Assembly: GCF_026210795.1 (NCBI RefSeq)
Contig: NC_089435.1
Coordinates: 2,976,001-3,040,000, forward strand
Direction: 5' to 3'
Origin: Rhizophagus irregularis
Taxonomy: Eukaryota
DNA length: 64,000 nt
Below the pieces are notes generated by a model. It made no database searches, had not been told where the DNA came from, and saw only the letters and a list, made by a program, of their open reading frames with translations. This document shows, in pieces, positions 60,726 through 64,000 of this stretch; the stretch's first letter is position 1, and every line of letters starts with the position of its first letter. The position numbers were made by a program, and so were the translations under genes.

Positions 60726-63700
60726 ATGTCTGAAATAGAGAAAAATGTTGAAACCAAGGTTTCAATAGAATATGAACAACAAACGAGAGAAGCCATCATT
60801 ATTGAAAGTGAAGATAAAACTAATGGTGGAACAATTGATGCAATTAAAAATTATAAAATTGTAAGATCTATTAAAAGTAGAAAATATTCAAGTAAAAGTG
60901 TGTTAAGTCATGATGATGACATCATTATTAAGAAGGAAGATTTTCAGATCGCCATTTCTCAAAGTGGAAGATTCGTTGCTACATTTGACACAGGTAATTA
61001 TTATTTGTGATACATTTGTGATACAATATAAAATGTCAAATATATAATAACGTTATATCATCATAAAATTAGCAAACCTTCGAATTAAAATATTGGAAAA
61101 CACTGATCGTCGTCCGCTCAGTATTCCTAAGGTGGAGGATATGGATTCCAATAAATCTAATATAATTGGCAAGACAATCGTACATTTCAAGATAAGAGAT
61201 GATTTTAATATTGATAAGTTTTACACTGAAGGTTTCACCCCTCCTCTATATAAAGAATCTCGAGAGCAAAAAAATGTAGATATAACAGTGGATTTCAGTA
61301 ATGATAATGATTCTTATAACGATTTTGAAAAAGATGAATTGATCGAGGAAGAAAAATTTAGATGGTCCTTCGATATATCGAATGTGTGCATGAATAATAA
61401 TAAACATTTTATTTTTGTTGCCGTATCTCGTATAGATGATGAAGATTTAAGAGGAACAACAAAAGAAACTGAAAAAAGAGGAACTACTATCATTTATCCC
61501 ATTGAATTGTTAGAAAATGAAAATGAAAATTATACTTTTGTTTATAATCCTAAAGCTAGTCATTATCAAACTCGTGGAATTTCAGGTATATGTAGATTTG
61601 TGGAATCTTCTGATGATAATGAAAGTTCCGATCCAAGAATTTTTGTGACTGATAACAAATGTTTTGTTTTAAAGAAATTCGTAGTATTGAATTTTCATGG
61701 TATACATAATTTTAATTGTACCGATGGTTTTCAATTAAGTAGGAAATTTAATTATCCAAATTGTATCAGACGTGAATTAGATTCATTAGATTCTTCAGAA
61801 ATATCTGATTGTATGGATATACTTCTCTCTTGTGTTTATGATAAATATTTTTTGGTTGAGCAATATAAAAATAATGTACAATTGCTTGAAGGTAATAATC
61901 AAATCTTTTTCAAAAGTTAATCGTCACATTATAAACATTAATTTTTTTTAATCTTTTAGTTTACGGTCTAGCAAAAATGAAATTGGAAACTATCACAAAA
62001 AGAGTCGAAAATAGTCAAGATAAACTTACAAGAAAATATAATAGAAATATTTTCTCAGTTAGTAAGAATAAATTATATCTTTGCTTTACACGAGGAATTC
62101 AATCTGTCAAGTAAGTAGTAATTCACATTCCACGTATTAAGTTTCACGTATTAAATTCCACGTATTAAATTTCACGTTGAAATATTCAATAAACTAAAAC
62201 TTATTATGATTTACTTTCTTAAGGTTATACTTTTTGGAAAATGGTCTTGAATCCATCTCAAAAAAATTTGATGATATTGAAAAAATTTATTCATTAGAAT
62301 TCATTGAAAATGATAGGAAATTACTTGTAATTGGTAGTGGCGCTGAAGATGAGGAAAATTTAAAGATTATAATTTGGGATATGTATAATGTTGGAGAAAC
62401 TGAAATGATAGAATTAGATGATTTTCTTACGACGAAAAATATTAGTACTCGTTTAGCTAGAACTTCAGGAAATCTTTTACAAATTGATGATAAAGGAAAT
62501 ATTACATCAATTCTTAAAAAGGTCGATAAATTATTAGAACAAAAACAATTGGAAGAGGTTGAAAAGTCTTTTCCTCTTCCTCAACCTCCTGATTTGAGCT
62601 TCTTTAATGGTGAAAAACTTGATGGAGGACTGGATAAAAGGCATACTATATATTATGATAAAATTACAAATCCATATTTCAAACCAATAGTTGTTGAGAA
62701 AGAACCATGGGTGTTAGGTGATTATGATAGACAATCTTATTGTCTTTACCAAAATAAAAATGGATCAGTGATAGAAACTATACAACTTATAATTGGTAGA
62801 TCTACTGTCCAAATTTGGCATCAAATCAATTCTGATGATAAAAATATAGACAAAGACGAACTTCCTAATAGGGGTGAACCATTTCTTGAATATATATGGA
62901 CAAATGGTATTCCCGTAATTCAAGAGAATCCTAGAAGAAAATTACGAATTGAAATGTTTGAATATGGACCAAATGATGGAAAAATGAGAGATTTTTATTT
63001 AAAAGTTTATTGGTACGAAAAAGTATCAAATGAATTTGAGAGTGATGTAGATGAAATAACGAAACAAGAGAATGAAGAAAATAAAATGATAGCAGAGGAT
63101 GAAAATAAAATGATAGCAGAGGATGAAAATAAAATGATAGCAGAGGATGAAAATAAAATGATAGCAGAGGATGAAAATAAAATGGTAGCAGAAGATAAAA
63201 AAATAAATGAAAAGAAATGGAATGAGGAAAGGAAAGAAAGAATAATTCGGCGGTATGAAGTTCTTGATAAAGCTAATGCAGTCAAATGCGCATGTAAAGC
63301 ATTGGAATATATCAATAGGCGCACAAAATTTCTTGTAAATTATGTAAAAGAACATCGCGTAAGTGTTTACTGTATATATAATAATTCTTAACGTAAAACA
63401 AGTATATTGATTTTTTTTTTCTTTTCTTCAATAAAGTGTGAGGAAATGGTTGCATATATTAATCGTATAATATGGAGATTTATCAAATACAGGCCTGATG
63501 ATTTTAAATTGCTAGATGTTAGACATAATGTTATGAAGAATTTGATTCTTGGTGATTGTGATCATTTGATAAAGTTTATATTATTTGGAAATGATGATGA
63601 TGATAAAAAAGCCAACAAGTTACACATACCAAGGAATACATTCTGGAAAAAGAGAAAGTATGTAGATGATGACACTGAAAGTGAAGAAATAACGAATGTT

Positions 63701-64000
63701 ATGGAATTGGCAATTTATCATTGCAAAGGTAAATTATTTTGTATTATATTATTGGGGAACATTGATTTATAATACCTTTTTTTATAAACTAGGTCGTGAA
63801 ATTAAAGACACCATTATTGTTGCCTATCTTTTGGAATATTATTCCATGCATGCAACAGATTATGCTGGTTGGATGAGTACCGTTTCTAAGGCGCTTCCTC
63901 TATTATTTAAATATCATTATGGTTCGTTATTTTAATTCTTTTTTTTGATATAATACAGAAAAGATTAAAGACTTATGCACAATTTTTATCTATAACAGAT
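60726..64000 (+). CDS. N-terminal part of a large multi-exon protein resembling the expanded Glomeromycotina TRP-channel-like family; runs off the window
   Basis: Spliced ORF with AISQSGRFVATFDT-ANLRIKIL, QLIIGRSTVQIW, FLEYIWTN, MELAIYHCK, LLEYYS..GWMSTVSKALPLL. Channel domain is not in the window, so the family call is recognition only. Confidence 0.7.
63077..63196 (+). repeat. Coding 24-bp minisatellite, (ENKMIAED)x5
   Basis: GAAAATAAAATGATAGCAGAGGAT four times plus one variant copy, in frame. Confidence 0.95.

Overview
Very AT-rich eukaryotic nuclear DNA with short GT-AG introns. The gene types (TKL kinase-Sel1 fusion, large TRP-channel-like protein, BAH-tailed CMC transposase) point to an arbuscular mycorrhizal fungus, Rhizophagus-like (inference, no search run). 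Only two host genes are clear: kinase-Sel1 (18334-22998, +) and the 5' part of a TRP-like gene (60726 to window end, +). Most of the rest is nested mobile DNA, and many boundaries can be read exactly from TIRs and target-site duplications (TSDs). It includes a decayed Polinton/Maverick end (pPolB with Endo VII domain, AGTAGT terminus), two intact DD34E Tc1/IS630 transposases, CACTA, hAT, MULE, Helitron and LINE pieces, a tRNA-headed SINE-like insertion, and a ~16 kb CMC/EnSpm-type element with an intact 1094-aa transposase. Two unexpected signals stand out. (1) A ~1 kb structured non-coding region inside the CMC element contains a telomerase-RNA-like core: enclosing helix, U-rich linker, CCCUAACCCU template and a U-A.U pseudoknot (41705-41857). 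(2) Three non-autonomous DNA transposons with different termini carry arrays of spliceosomal intron + ~40-nt micro-exon units whose branch point, and often the donor, sits in a hairpin. All calls were made by eye; coordinates marked ~ are approximate.
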